A DNA stretch of 63,572 nt, the filler included, from Aduncisulcus paluster (lineage: Eukaryota), in assembly GCA_024181965.1 (NCBI GenBank). It is 11 parts of 11 records of this genome, joined end to end, with 100 filler letters (N's around TTAATTAATTAA, not from the genome) between each part and the next. Parts side by side here need not be neighbours in the genome. Positions count along the whole stretch, not along the records: positions 14,683 to 33,812 come from BQXS01011924.1; 10 more parts are not named here. One strand, given 5' to 3'. This document shows positions 22,757 to 33,378 of this stretch, one piece after another. Below the pieces are notes generated by a model. That model searched no databases. It had not been told where the DNA came from and saw nothing but the letters and a program-made list of their open reading frames with translations. The number at the start of each line of letters is the position of its first letter. The first letter of the stretch is position 1. Both the position numbers and the translations under genes were made by a program.

Positions 22757-23902
22757 TTATTTCACCTTTACGAGCTCTACATCAAAAATAAGAGTAGCTC
22801 TTGAAGGAATAGAAGGAGGAGCACCACGAACACCATAGGCTAATTGGTGAGGAATTGTTAACCTTCTTTTACCACCGACTTTCATGCCAGTTACACCAAG
22901 ATCCCAACCTTTAATCACTTCGCCAACGCCAAGTCGGAAAGTAAAGGGTCCATTTCTCGATTTGTCAAAGATTTTCCCATTTTTTAATTTTCCAACATAT
23001 TTCATTGAGACACGAGCACCTTTTCTAGCTACTTTTCCTTTACCAATAATAGTATCAAGAACAATTAAACCTCCTTGCATGGTTTTTGGACGATTCTTCT
23101 GCTTCTTCTCTTCTTCTTCTTCTTCTCTTTTACGGATAATGGCCTCGTCTCTCTTTTTTTTCTCCGCCTCTCTCCTTTTTTTCTCGGCCTCCAATTTTCT
23201 TATTTCTTCTTCTCTCCTTTTGATTTCTTCTTCCTCTTCCTCCTCTTCTTCTTCTTCCTTCTCCTCTTCTTCTTCCTCTTCTTCCTCTTCTTCTCCTTCT
23301 TCAGCAAGGCCAGAAAGGATCATTGCCATTTTTTTGGCAACACTAGGATTGGCACATTCTTCGAGAGAAACTCTTCTTTTCCCCAATATTGAGAGGATAC
23401 TTTGAAGTTGCTCGGGAGTCAGAGACATCTCTTCATCTTCTTCTTCTTCCTCCTCTTCTTCTTCTTCCTCCTCTTCTTCTTCTTCCTTCTCCTCCTCTTC
23501 TTCTTCTTCTTCTTCATCTTCCTTCTTTTCTCCTTCCTCTTCCTCTACCTCTTCCTCCTCCTCATCTTCTTCTTCTTCCTCTTCATGAAGGATATTTTCG
23601 GGGGATTCATCATATTCTTGAATTCCTATGACCTCTATATCGGATTTTCCACTGTTTAAAAAACAAAATACTCCGTCATCAGCATCTAAAGCAATAGAGA
23701 CGGAAACTTGGGGAGATAATGGACCTAAGTTTGCAATAACAATGGATTTATCATATTCTTCATTACTTATTTGAAGAGATAATTGTGAAGAGCCAGCAGA
23801 TGGATCCACCAAAACTATCGATGATATAAGAATATTCATTCCATCATCGAGAGCAAATAGATCAGATTTTCCTTTTCCAGGGATTTTAGTTGACCAAAAC
23901 AT
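22757..23902 (-). CDS. Nucleoplasmin-like FKBP peptidyl-prolyl isomerase (Fpr3/Fpr4/FKBP39 type)
   Basis: N-terminal MFW... NPL-like domain, long acidic tracts and a basic linker. C-terminal FKBP domain: VSMKYVGKLKNGKIFD...LGVGEVIKGWDLGVTGMKVGGKRRLTIP..LAYG...TLIFDVEL. Confidence 0.93.
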   Translation of the reverse strand: MFWSTKIPGKGKSDLFALDDGMNILISSIVLVDPSAGSSQLSLQISNEEYDKSIVIANLGPLSPQVSVSIALDADDGVFCFLNSGKSDIEVIGIQEYDESPENILHEEEEEEDEEEEEVEEEEGEKKEDEEEEEEEEEKEEEEEEEEEEEEEEEEDEEMSLTPEQLQSILSILGKRRVSLEECANPSVAKKMAMILSGLAEEGEEEEEEEEEEEKEEEEEEEEEEEIKRREEEIRKLEAEKKRREAEKKKRDEAIIRKREEEEEEKKQKNRPKTMQGGLIVLDTIIGKGKVARKGARVSMKYVGKLKNGKIFDKSRNGPFTFRLGVGEVIKGWDLGVTGMKVGGKRRLTIPHQLAYGVRGAPPSIPSRATLIFDVELVKVK

Positions 23903-24098
23903 ATTATGCACACCAAATGACGCGATTACGTCAAAAAAGTAAAAAACAAAAATAATGTTAACATTATAACAGAATTAAATGTTAAAATCGATATTTACTG
24001 CCTTTTTTAAATTCTAATGATTGTAATTATTCCTAATATAAGATGATCCTGAAAGGTGTGTGCTAAATGTTGCAGACATCATTTTTTGTTCCACAATC

Positions 24099-24725
24099 AT
24101 GCCTTATTCACCTGCTGTATCAGCTCCAAATCATACCATTCAAGCTATCTTTGACAGGAAAAGTTGTAGGAGCTTTAATCCATCACATCCTCTCAGCAAG
24201 GAAACCATAGATGTTCTTGCCGAATGTGCAAAAGCCTCTCCGTCTGCTTGCAATTACCAAAATATTAATGTATTTGTCCTTAATGGAATCGATAAAACAA
24301 CTGAATTTGGTCTCTCTGTCGAACCTTATGTTCTTGAAGAAAAACCTTTTATGCGAGGTATAGCTGCTTCGAAAGATAAAATGGGTCTTAAATCATTTAT
24401 TTTCTATGATGCTCCAGTTGCTTTTGTCATGACTGGCAACGCTAGGGATGAATCTAAGATTAGAACTCTGAGTGCCGATTCAGGACACTGTTCCCAGTCG
24501 ATTATGATTGGAGCCAAGAGTTTAGGGTACGACAGTATATGTGTGGGTTGTATGTCAGGGCCAAAGGCTTCCGAAGCAGCTTTGAAATACTTGAAAGAAC
24601 ATTGTCCTGATTTTCCTTGGGAAGACAAGGGGAAACAAAAATTATTATTGTCGGTTGGGGTTGGAATTCCAAAAATAGAAAAAGGGAAACCATTTAAAAA
24701 GGATAATATTTATCATATTAAATAA
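24099..24725 (+). CDS. Nitroreductase-family FMN oxidoreductase
   Basis: AIFDRKSCRSF, ASPSACNYQ, FYDAPV and DSGHCSQSIMIGAKSLGYDS motifs. Confidence 0.9.
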   Translation: MPYSPAVSAPNHTIQAIFDRKSCRSFNPSHPLSKETIDVLAECAKASPSACNYQNINVFVLNGIDKTTEFGLSVEPYVLEEKPFMRGIAASKDKMGLKSFIFYDAPVAFVMTGNARDESKIRTLSADSGHCSQSIMIGAKSLGYDSICVGCMSGPKASEAALKYLKEHCPDFPWEDKGKQKLLLSVGVGIPKIEKGKPFKKDNIYHIK

Positions 24726-24875
24726 ATTTAAATAATTAATTTATTTCAGTGTGATAATATCGCATTCAATGCTTGAAGTTCGAAAATCAAAGCTTTTTTC
24801 TAATGAAATTAAGTAGATTTTATTGATTTTTTTAAGGCATTTTGAATCAATTATTATTAAACACGTTAAATATTA

Positions 24876-26135
24876 TTATTCTTGGTCTTTGGTAGCCTTC
24901 TTGATGACAAGAGAAGATCTTTTTGATATTTTTGGTCTATAATCCTGATTAGTCACTGTATACTTTCTCAATCCATCTATTTTTGACCTTTGCATATGCA
25001 TTCCATCGAATGCGCAATCAATTTCGCAAGAATGTGAAATCCCTTCTTTCACCTGATCAATTAAATATAAAACATTAGAAATATACTGAGGTTTCTTCTC
25101 AGATGTTGGCACTGATGGCACTGAATCTTTCTTTGTTGTTGCTGGACTGGAATCTGAAGGAGAGGAAGAGACGGGGGGGGAGTATTGGGAAAATATCTCG
25201 GGTTTATACTTTAAAAAGGCTCTACGACGCTCGGTACTAGTGTATCTCCGAGAAAAGTGTGTCAAAACAACCTGATTAAGTCTGGCTTTTTCAATAATAT
25301 ACGATACATGTTTGGGACCTAAGTGATTGAATTTCTCGGCTAAATGTTCATGTTGCTGAGAGAAAGTACACTCCATAACAACCAAATCGCACCCTTCGAG
25401 GGCCTTTATGGTGGCTTCGGATGGAGTTTTTGTATCTCCAAGAATAGCAAGTGTTTCGGACTTCTCAATAATAAAATCGCTACAAAGACAAGAATGGGAA
25501 ATTATTTCGCCAGTATCATCGTTGGAAATGTCAAATTTTAACTCGGATTGGGTCAGAATCTTGGGAATGAGTTTGTTGGGAAAGATACTTTGGGTAAATT
25601 TTTCATAATCAACTTTCCGAGTTGTATTCCTAATAATAAAACCATGAGAATGAGGTTCATGAACTAATGGAATAGCTTCAACTGAAAATCCTCCTTTTTT
25701 CTTTGTATCTTCATGTTGGACAACCACATCTCGTTGCCCTTCTTCAAGCTCGACGTAAACAAGTGTATACTTCGGAGGTGGCATATGGACCATTTTTTTC
25801 ATGAATTCAATAAACTCTTTTATGCCCTTTGGTCCAACTATTGTTATAACTGCACTACTGGAATAACACCAAGCAAGATCCCACAAAATCGGGATAATAC
25901 CATACACATGATCAAGATGCAAGTGGCTAATAAAGATATATTTGATATTAGACCAATTCATGTGGCAATCTGACAGACGTTTCCCGGTCCCAGGTCCACA
26001 ATCGAACAGTAGGGTTGAGTGTCCAATATTAACGGCAATGGAGGAGCATATCCGATCCGAAGAATGAGTTCCACCAGAAGTTCCAAGAAAAGTAAGTTCC
26101 ATCAACTTAAACTCAACGAAAATGGTGGTTTCCAT
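24876..26135 (-). CDS. tRNase Z (short form, ELAC1/RNase BN-like metallo-beta-lactamase); start at 26135 or 26102
   Basis: MELTFLGTSGG, LFDCGPGT, FISHLHLDH, ILGDT, VMECTF, H and LTHFSRRY motifs. Confidence 0.92.
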   Translation of the reverse strand: METTIFVEFKLMELTFLGTSGGTHSSDRICSSIAVNIGHSTLLFDCGPGTGKRLSDCHMNWSNIKYIFISHLHLDHVYGIIPILWDLAWCYSSSAVITIVGPKGIKEFIEFMKKMVHMPPPKYTLVYVELEEGQRDVVVQHEDTKKKGGFSVEAIPLVHEPHSHGFIIRNTTRKVDYEKFTQSIFPNKLIPKILTQSELKFDISNDDTGEIISHSCLCSDFIIEKSETLAILGDTKTPSEATIKALEGCDLVVMECTFSQQHEHLAEKFNHLGPKHVSYIIEKARLNQVVLTHFSRRYTSTERRRAFLKYKPEIFSQYSPPVSSSPSDSSPATTKKDSVPSVPTSEKKPQYISNVLYLIDQVKEGISHSCEIDCAFDGMHMQRSKIDGLRKYTVTNQDYRPKISKRSSLVIKKATKDQE

Positions 26136-26377
26136 TTTTCCCGAGTCGAGAAGCTGAATAGGCAACAAAAAAAAATATTTAAGATCAATTAAGGGTTCCA
26201 GAGGATTAAATAAGTTTATTTTACTAAAAAAGGTCATAAAACAAAACAGAAAAAAACAGGAAGACCAATAATCTTTGAGATTAACGTTTCATAGGAGTAA
26301 ACGTTATCCAATTGGTCAATATATATAAATACAATAAGTTGTTAATCATCTTATTATATTGCTGGTAATACATACAA

Positions 26378-28597
26378 TTAGTTCTTCTCCATGTATTTAA
26401 GGAGCTTCTTGGGAGCCTTGTAAGGTTTGGAGGCAGAACCATCGTTCCTCTCTTCATCTTCACACAGAGAGATGAAGATGGCGTCAATAGCAGTCTCAAG
26501 CACAGATGTGAACATCTTGTTGAAGGCAAGACTGAAGGCGAGGGTGATCAAAGTAGGAAGGAGGAAGGCACTTTCTTTCTCAACGTAGTAAACGTATACG
26601 GCAGTTCCAATGGCGGCAAGACCTGAGCACAAAAGGTTGATAAGGAAGAGAACAGAGTCACCAACAACCTGGAGAGTGGCCATACGAAGAGGATGACGAA
26701 GAACAAGCTCGGCAGCATGTTTGGCGGCCTTGAAGAAACCATAGTTGTATACGGCAGCCACAATGTAAGCCATCTTGGTAATGAACTTAAGGAATCTATC
26801 CAAACAAGCAAGACAGCATCGAACACACTTGATAGCAAAGCTGATCATTTCGTTCTGGTCCTTACTCTCAATCTTGGAGGCAAGGTACTCGAACATGATC
26901 CTAATCCAAGTCATGAAAGCGATAAGGAAGGATCCAATGGCCACAGTACCAAGGTGGTACCAGAAACCAATAGACAAGAACTTCCGAGGACTACAGGCAC
27001 CCATCTCATCCCTCTGATCACCAGCATAGTACCAAGTACTGATAACACCAGCAACAACGATCTGTGAAAGACCGACAGAGAAGAACAGGAACCAGAGACC
27101 AATGAGCAAGAGAGCAAGGAGGATCCAGATATCCTGGTTGGTGAGATCAAATACTCTGCTTCCACCGTCTTCAGGAGTCCCGTAAGACATCTTGTTATCG
27201 TCTCCACTGACATACACAAGCAAGGCAACATAGGCCACACCTATAATAGCGACAATGGCCAGTACAAAGAAGAGGATGGGCATGAATACAAGGGACCAGA
27301 GTTGAGCAATGGCCTTGGCAGCAACTTGCATAACAGTAAGGGCAAGGTTGATACGTTTACCGAGACAGCAGACGAGGATAAGGTAAATACCAGTGGCAAC
27401 GGCAAGGGCGATACCACCATAGTATTGGATCTTAAGGGTTCTGATCTTGTCATCGGAACAGTCGACATATTGGCTGTCACCAGTGTGGTTGAGACAGTCA
27501 GTGTAGTCTTGTTTGGCCATGTAAATGAACATGAAACTTCCGATGCATCCTCCAACGAAGATACCGATGAGAATGATCCAGACAATCAACTTAACGACGA
27601 GTCTGATAAGGAGAAGGATGAGGAAGGAAAGGATTATGGAAGCAAGGCAGGAAAGAATAATGGTCCACTTCTGAGCGGCAACAACAGAGACGTTGAAGGC
27701 AGAGGTAGCAGCAGCAATAACATTCTTCACGGTACCAAGGGCTTGAGAGGCAGATTCAATGGTAGAAACGATGGTGAGACCAGAATCCTCATCAATGGCG
27801 GCTATGGTGACGGTTTCCACACTTTCACTGGGGAAACACCTGTCATAGAAATCAGAAGCTTCAGTTTGATAAGTGAAAACACCACATTCGTAATCGGCGA
27901 TGGTCTCCATATGTGACAGGCTACGGATTTCGTCCCACTTATCATAATCGATAAGGGAAATCTTATCAATGTTGACATAAGAAGAACGGGCAGTATATTC
28001 GGCACTATTCCAGTATTTGAGACCGAGACCAAAGTCAGGGGAGCAGATACGTTGATAAGCAGTGGGATCGGTGGCATCGGCAGCAGCAGGAGCAGTGAAG
28101 GTAGGACACTCTTCCACACAGAAAACTTGGTTGTAACCGTAGTATCTTCCACTGAGAGAGTAGAACATGTATCTCAAATCATGGTTGTCGACATATTGGT
28201 CACCGTCAATCCAATAATTGTATTCAGTAATATCATTGGGGAATCCAGCCTGAGTGAAAGATTTTGTAACACCGGGATCCTTACTGATATAGAGACGTTG
28301 GGGAAGATCTTTTCCACAAAATCTTCCGTGATTATCAAGAGGTCTTAACAAATCGACAATGGTTCCTTCCACCTCGAATTGGTAATAGTACCAGCAAAAA
28401 ACACATCCCAGAATAACACAAACAAAGAGGAAGAAGAAGAAACAATCTCTACATTTCCTTTCTTCAACAACTCCGGTGAAAGAATCGTCTTTTAAAGTTT
28501 CTCCTTTGTTAAGAGCATAAATAGCTTCTTGATTCTGTCCTGGCATAACAGCCCTTACAGGTTGACCCTGTTGGGCAGGTTGCATTGGAAAATTCAT
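26378..28597 (-). CDS. Choline transporter-like protein (CTL/SLC44 family)
   Basis: RKCRDCFFFFLF, D..GRFCG, CVEECP, multiple TM helices, YHLGTVAIGSFLI, CLDRFLKFITKMAYI, AIDAIFISLCEDEERNDGS..KPY. Confidence 0.95.
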   Translation of the reverse strand: MNFPMQPAQQGQPVRAVMPGQNQEAIYALNKGETLKDDSFTGVVEERKCRDCFFFFLFVCVILGCVFCWYYYQFEVEGTIVDLLRPLDNHGRFCGKDLPQRLYISKDPGVTKSFTQAGFPNDITEYNYWIDGDQYVDNHDLRYMFYSLSGRYYGYNQVFCVEECPTFTAPAAADATDPTAYQRICSPDFGLGLKYWNSAEYTARSSYVNIDKISLIDYDKWDEIRSLSHMETIADYECGVFTYQTEASDFYDRCFPSESVETVTIAAIDEDSGLTIVSTIESASQALGTVKNVIAAATSAFNVSVVAAQKWTIILSCLASIILSFLILLLIRLVVKLIVWIILIGIFVGGCIGSFMFIYMAKQDYTDCLNHTGDSQYVDCSDDKIRTLKIQYYGGIALAVATGIYLILVCCLGKRINLALTVMQVAAKAIAQLWSLVFMPILFFVLAIVAIIGVAYVALLVYVSGDDNKMSYGTPEDGGSRVFDLTNQDIWILLALLLIGLWFLFFSVGLSQIVVAGVISTWYYAGDQRDEMGACSPRKFLSIGFWYHLGTVAIGSFLIAFMTWIRIMFEYLASKIESKDQNEMISFAIKCVRCCLACLDRFLKFITKMAYIVAAVYNYGFFKAAKHAAELVLRHPLRMATLQVVGDSVLFLINLLCSGLAAIGTAVYVYYVEKESAFLLPTLITLAFSLAFNKMFTSVLETAIDAIFISLCEDEERNDGSASKPYKAPKKLLKYMEKN

Positions 28598-28955
28598 ATA
28601 TAGGGTAATCAAAACCAAAAGTTTATCTGCTTGAACCTACTCCGATGTTCAGGAAATTTGATCGGATTGTGGGGTGGTAAGATTTATTTACTTTGTATTT
28701 TACTATCCATTATTAAACAATAAAATAATTTTATTCTTCAAATCTCTTTTAAATTTTGGACGTTCAACAAACACCCGAAAATCTGCCGGAAAATATGATT
28801 ATTTCCTCCAAAATAAAATAAAAAATATAATATTGTTTGATTTTTTTTAAATTTTTTTCCTGTCATCCATCAGATGCAACAGATCCAGTAATGTCAATCT
28901 CAGGGAGAGAATTTGAGAACGAAACAACAACACTCATAATAATATAGATATATTG

Positions 28956-29742
28956 ATGCCACCCTCAGATTTTTTCAGTGATAAGAAAGATAAAAAAAAG
29001 CAAGAAGTATGTTATTCGAAATTGACTCTTTTTTCCAATCTAATGGTTTAACTTATGATATTTTATTAGACTTATGTTTCTGCAAATGCATTTATAATGC
29101 TATTTAATGAATATATCCCGTATAAAAACAAAATATCCCGACGAGGCAAAACAACTAGTAATCTTAAGGAATTAGGTGAGCGAATAGGTCCAAAAATGTT
29201 TGAACTTCAGGCATTTCGTAAGAAACCTAAACAAAGATTTAGAGATATGAAGGTTCTCCTCCAATTCATCGTTAAGCACTTTTGGACATACTTTTTTGAT
29301 ACTTCCTCCGGGGCTTCCATAACCCCCCCAATTCTTTTTGAGGTCCCAAACAAAACCAAATCTGTTACATTTTATAGTACGTTTTGATTGTTTATTTTGT
29401 CATTTTATTTGGTTATTTGACACTCTTAACATTTTTCGTAATTCATGATCTTTCGATCCATCAATTTCCCATTTATTTCATCAATTAATATCTTTTATTA
29501 TATTAGGAATATATGATCCTCATCCAATCACAGATATTTTTAGTACTCCATTCCATGTTAGTACTGTTCGAGTTCTCCCGAGAGATGCCGTAAGATATTC
29601 CTTTTTTATTGCTGGAATTATGAAAGGTATTATTGCGTCTGCTGGATTCGACGAATGGGATGTAAATGTCCATTATATGTTACATGATAAGGCTACAAAA
29701 CTTACTCCCGCGGGTGCTTATTTCTCTTTTGAAATCAAATAA
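28956..29742 (+). CDS. TRAPPC5: TRAPP complex subunit 5 (Trs31)-like; exons 28956-29006, 29070-29376, 29507-29742
   Basis: Spliced product ...VSANAFIMLFNEYI...LKELGERIGPKMFE...LLQFIVKHFWTYFF...YRIYDPHPITDIFS...FFIAGIMKGIIASAGF. Introns GTATGT..TAG (63 nt) and GTACGT..TAG (130 nt) keep frame to TAA 29740-29742. Confidence 0.8.
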
Positions 29743-30078
29743 GAATCTGATTTAAAATATATATTATATGCTTATTTATTCGTCCAATATGTTTATGATC
29801 CTTTACTAAGGTTGGGAGTGACGCATAAGTTTATCTTTAATAAAACCTGTTTCAGAATTGTAATGGTCAAATAAATAATTTATTCGTTATCCAATCATCC
29901 CATATTTATGACGAATAATCTTAAAGTATCTCATAATTCTCGAATCTTGTCAAATTCAATTCCTCCGTATTTTTCTGCGAACAAAAAAAAATAATGTCAT
30001 TCAAATGTCCCATTTCTCTGGACAAACAAAAGCAATCGTATAGAATAGTATTTTGTTGCGACTCATATCATCGATAAA

Positions 30079-33000
30079 ATGACTTCAATAATGCCACTTC
30101 CTATATTAAATGAACCTCTAAAGCAATCATACATCTGTAATTTCGCGGGCGATTTGACATTAGGTGGTAGATTATACGTTTATAATACTTATGTTGTGTT
30201 TAAATGCACATCACCAATCATTATTAAAAGAAAATTGAAATTGAATATTTTGATGCTGCAGGTGTCTCATGTGTCGCTTCATTTTGATAAAAAACGTGGG
30301 AAACAATACATTGAATTGCAATTGCTTAAATCTGATCATCTCTTGCGATTTTATGGTTTTGTTGATCCTAAAGGAGCCATCGATAGTATTAAAAATGCGT
30401 GGAGAGAGGCTAGAAGGCCCCTATCGAAATCAAAAGAGAGTGTTGCAATGTTCTCGTCATCAAAATCTATGTCTGGTGTATCGTGTGAATTGGGCCCAAC
30501 AACTCTTCCTTCCACAAAAGCTAAAATTCTGACCCAAGGAACTATATCTGCTGGATGTGAGTCCTATTCTGTGAAAGAATGTGTTTCTCAAATAGACAAG
30601 CCAAGTCCGGAGTCTACATCATCATGTAAGCTCTTGAGTGAAAGTATCACCCCTTCTATGGATGTGGTTGAGGAAAATGTTGTCCATTCGATGTCTTCGT
30701 CATCAATCATTTCTCAAATTGAGGAAATGACGGCGCCAATCACATCCTATTCAATTTCTCAACTGTTTCCGACATCTTCCAAGCAACTGAAAACTAGACC
30801 TGTTTTGTCCAAGATTCACCCACTTTTGCCATTAATAATGGTCGATGCTGAGAGAAAACTCCTCACTGTTGTCAAACTCACAAATATTCACACTGAAACT
30901 ATTATTAGAATGATGTTCACCGGTGTGAAATCTATTCTCCGTGAGGCCTTGGAAGGTCTCCAATGCTCTGAGGTTAAGTGTGAGTCTGAGTGGCCCCAAT
31001 TCAGACGTTACATGGAAATGAAAGAGGCTTTAATGCAATCTGGGATGAAAGAATCCAATGAACTCGTCATATCTTGTAAAATANNNNNNNNNNNNNNNNN
31101 NNNCGATGCTGAGAGAAAACTCCTCACTGTTGTCAAACTCACAAATATTCACACTGAAACTATTATTAGAATGATGTTCACCGGTGTGAAATCTATTCTC
31201 CGTGAGGCCTTGGAAGGTCTCCAATGCTCTGAGGTTAAGTGTGAGTCTGAGTGGCCCCAATTCAGACGTTACATGGAAATGAAAGAGGCTTTAATGCAAT
31301 CTGGGATGAAAGAATCCAATGAACTCGTCATATCTTGTAAAATACCGACTGGTCTTCCTATTATCACCACTGCTAAGGTTCACCAACATGTGACACCAAT
31401 CACACAGGCTCTAAGAGTTAAGTGGAGACATCAACAAGTGCTTGACAAGATTAAATCCTCAGATCGTGATGAATCTCATCATTCGGATCGAGATAAACTA
31501 GGAATCGTTACCTCCAGCTCCTCAGCGAAAAAGAAACATGGATCGACATCATTTAAACCCTCGTCTACTTCTAAAAACCAAGCTGAAACATCGAACTTGA
31601 AGAAGAAAATATCAGACATACCTTCTGATTATACAGAACTACCTTCAATGAGTCGAGACTCTCCATTATTAAAATGTGATGATCCGGGTCTTGTCAAGAT
31701 ATCTTCACATCAATCTGGCATTGGACATTTTGAATGTACAACAATACAAGTTGGTGTATCCACGGCTGCCATTCCTGGATTAAAAGGATGTGATATGGAT
31801 TGGAGTGTGCGTTTATTGAGTGTTCCTGTGAATGAAAGGAGAAGGATGAGACGCAATGATTATGTTGGGCTTCCTATTAAGGATGATAAATGGTATGGTA
31901 TGTTGGCATGTGACGAAGTTCTTCTTGTTGCTTCCTCGAAAATACAATTGAAGAAGAGAATGTTGGCGAAACGGTTGTTTCAGAATGGTATCCAACTTTT
32001 TTTGAATAACATTGCACAAGAAGTTATTTCGTGTCTAGCTCGTCGGATGTCATTGCTGTCAAAAAGTATTCTTCAGTTCGATGCTTCCTCCATTCCACAA
32101 TCGAACTCTTCTATTCATAACTTAAGATCAGGGGCTTGTCAATCATCTGTTCTGACCAGTGCCATGACAGAGGAAACAGATAAGAAGAAGAAAATGAAGA
32201 AGAAGCCCGGGATGATTGTCGAAAAAAAGAGTCAAATTCCAACCTTGACTACCCGTACCACCAAACGTGATATTACGATAAATACAACGAATGTAAACTC
32301 ATTAATTCTTCAAGAAAGACAATCATCTAAGGATAAAATGCAAGTGAGTGCAAGGGATGTCGCTGAGGAAATTGTTAGCAGACATCAACCAAAGAAAGAT
32401 GGAGATGGAGAAGAAGATGTGGAATCATCAGTCACATCATCCGATTCACTTGATTTGTCAGATTTCCAAACAACCCATGCATCTTCCATTCCAGGTTCTT
32501 TGAAACGCATTATTTCCACCAAAGTTGAAGTATTTTCTTCACCTATAACATCCCCAACAACTGAACCACACCATATTGATGGATTCCACACTCCATTTTC
32601 ATCGATAAAACGAATGCAAGGACGAATGCATCTTGAAAGGGTTCGATCGAATGAATTTGATATTAAATCTCATAAGATTCAGGGTAGAATATTGATGACC
32701 GATGAAGAAGAAAAGGAACAAGCAACGAGTATTGGTATTGAAAAGAACCCAGACAAAACATCTGCAAATCAATATTCATTTTCTATTGGTAAACGTCGGA
32801 CAGCATCTATTTCATCGTCCGAAGATTTAAATGGGGTTCTTCGTGAGAAAGTTGATGGAAAAGAAGGAAAAGAAGAAGAAGGAGAAGAAATTGAAATTAT
32901 TCATGAAGAAGATAGTTATTCTGCATGCTCTGAAGATGAAGAGCTTCAATTCTCGCCTTCAACGTTGAATTCTCTTTCTCCTTCTGAAATGGATGTGATG

Positions 33001-33162
33001 AAAAATACAATCTCTCGATTCCGTTCTTTTAATGGTAAACAGCATTATTCGAGTTTAAAATTCGATAAGGGTTCACAGGATCCCAGTAATAATTGGGCTA
33101 TGGTCGTTATATTCGGGATATTTACCGTTATCGTTGTTATGATTCAAATTTTATCCAAATGA
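30079..33162 (+). CDS. GRAM-domain, VASt/StART-like, tail-anchored protein (GRAMD1/Lam-type lipid transfer candidate)
   Basis: N-terminal YICNFAGDLTLGGRLYVYNTYVVF (GRAM), a weakly VASt-like middle and a C-terminal TM helix. Segment 30843-31083 is duplicated across the N gap (artefact). Confidence 0.65.
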   Translation: MTSIMPLPILNEPLKQSYICNFAGDLTLGGRLYVYNTYVVFKCTSPIIIKRKLKLNILMLQVSHVSLHFDKKRGKQYIELQLLKSDHLLRFYGFVDPKGAIDSIKNAWREARRPLSKSKESVAMFSSSKSMSGVSCELGPTTLPSTKAKILTQGTISAGCESYSVKECVSQIDKPSPESTSSCKLLSESITPSMDVVEENVVHSMSSSSIISQIEEMTAPITSYSISQLFPTSSKQLKTRPVLSKIHPLLPLIMVDAERKLLTVVKLTNIHTETIIRMMFTGVKSILREALEGLQCSEVKCESEWPQFRRYMEMKEALMQSGMKESNELVISCKIXXXXXXXDAERKLLTVVKLTNIHTETIIRMMFTGVKSILREALEGLQCSEVKCESEWPQFRRYMEMKEALMQSGMKESNELVISCKIPTGLPIITTAKVHQHVTPITQALRVKWRHQQVLDKIKSSDRDESHHSDRDKLGIVTSSSSAKKKHGSTSFKPSSTSKNQAETSNLKKKISDIPSDYTELPSMSRDSPLLKCDDPGLVKISSHQSGIGHFECTTIQVGVSTAAIPGLKGCDMDWSVRLLSVPVNERRRMRRNDYVGLPIKDDKWYGMLACDEVLLVASSKIQLKKRMLAKRLFQNGIQLFLNNIAQEVISCLARRMSLLSKSILQFDASSIPQSNSSIHNLRSGACQSSVLTSAMTEETDKKKKMKKKPGMIVEKKSQIPTLTTRTTKRDITINTTNVNSLILQERQSSKDKMQVSARDVAEEIVSRHQPKKDGDGEEDVESSVTSSDSLDLSDFQTTHASSIPGSLKRIISTKVEVFSSPITSPTTEPHHIDGFHTPFSSIKRMQGRMHLERVRSNEFDIKSHKIQGRILMTDEEEKEQATSIGIEKNPDKTSANQYSFSIGKRRTASISSSEDLNGVLREKVDGKEGKEEEGEEIEIIHEEDSYSACSEDEELQFSPSTLNSLSPSEMDVMKNTISRFRSFNGKQHYSSLKFDKGSQDPSNNWAMVVIFGIFTVIVVMIQILSK

Positions 33163-33260
33163 TAGTAATAGGTATTATTTAGTCATTTATCCATAATCTT
33201 GGTTCTTAAAGTCACTTCATATCAACGGATGACAATGTATCTTCTTGGAATTGTTTTAGA

Positions 33261-33378
33261 AGAATAAAACTTTTATTCTGTTGAACAGCCATTCAACTTG
33301 AATAAGATTGAATCTTCAGAAATAATTCGCAATCAATTAATTATACTATTGAGCTTGAACTTCAATTCATCATGAATT
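33261..33378. repeat. Array of six single-C/G-centred perfect palindromes
   Basis: AGAATAAAA-c-TTTTATTCT, CTGTT-g-AACAG, ATTCAA-c-TTGAAT, AAGATT-g-AATCTT, TTGAA-c-TTCAA, AATTCAT-c-ATGAATT. Confidence 0.93.

Noticed and set aside
23070..23590. Very long GAA/GAG tracts
   Set aside because: They encode the expected acidic tracts of nucleoplasmin-type FKBPs.
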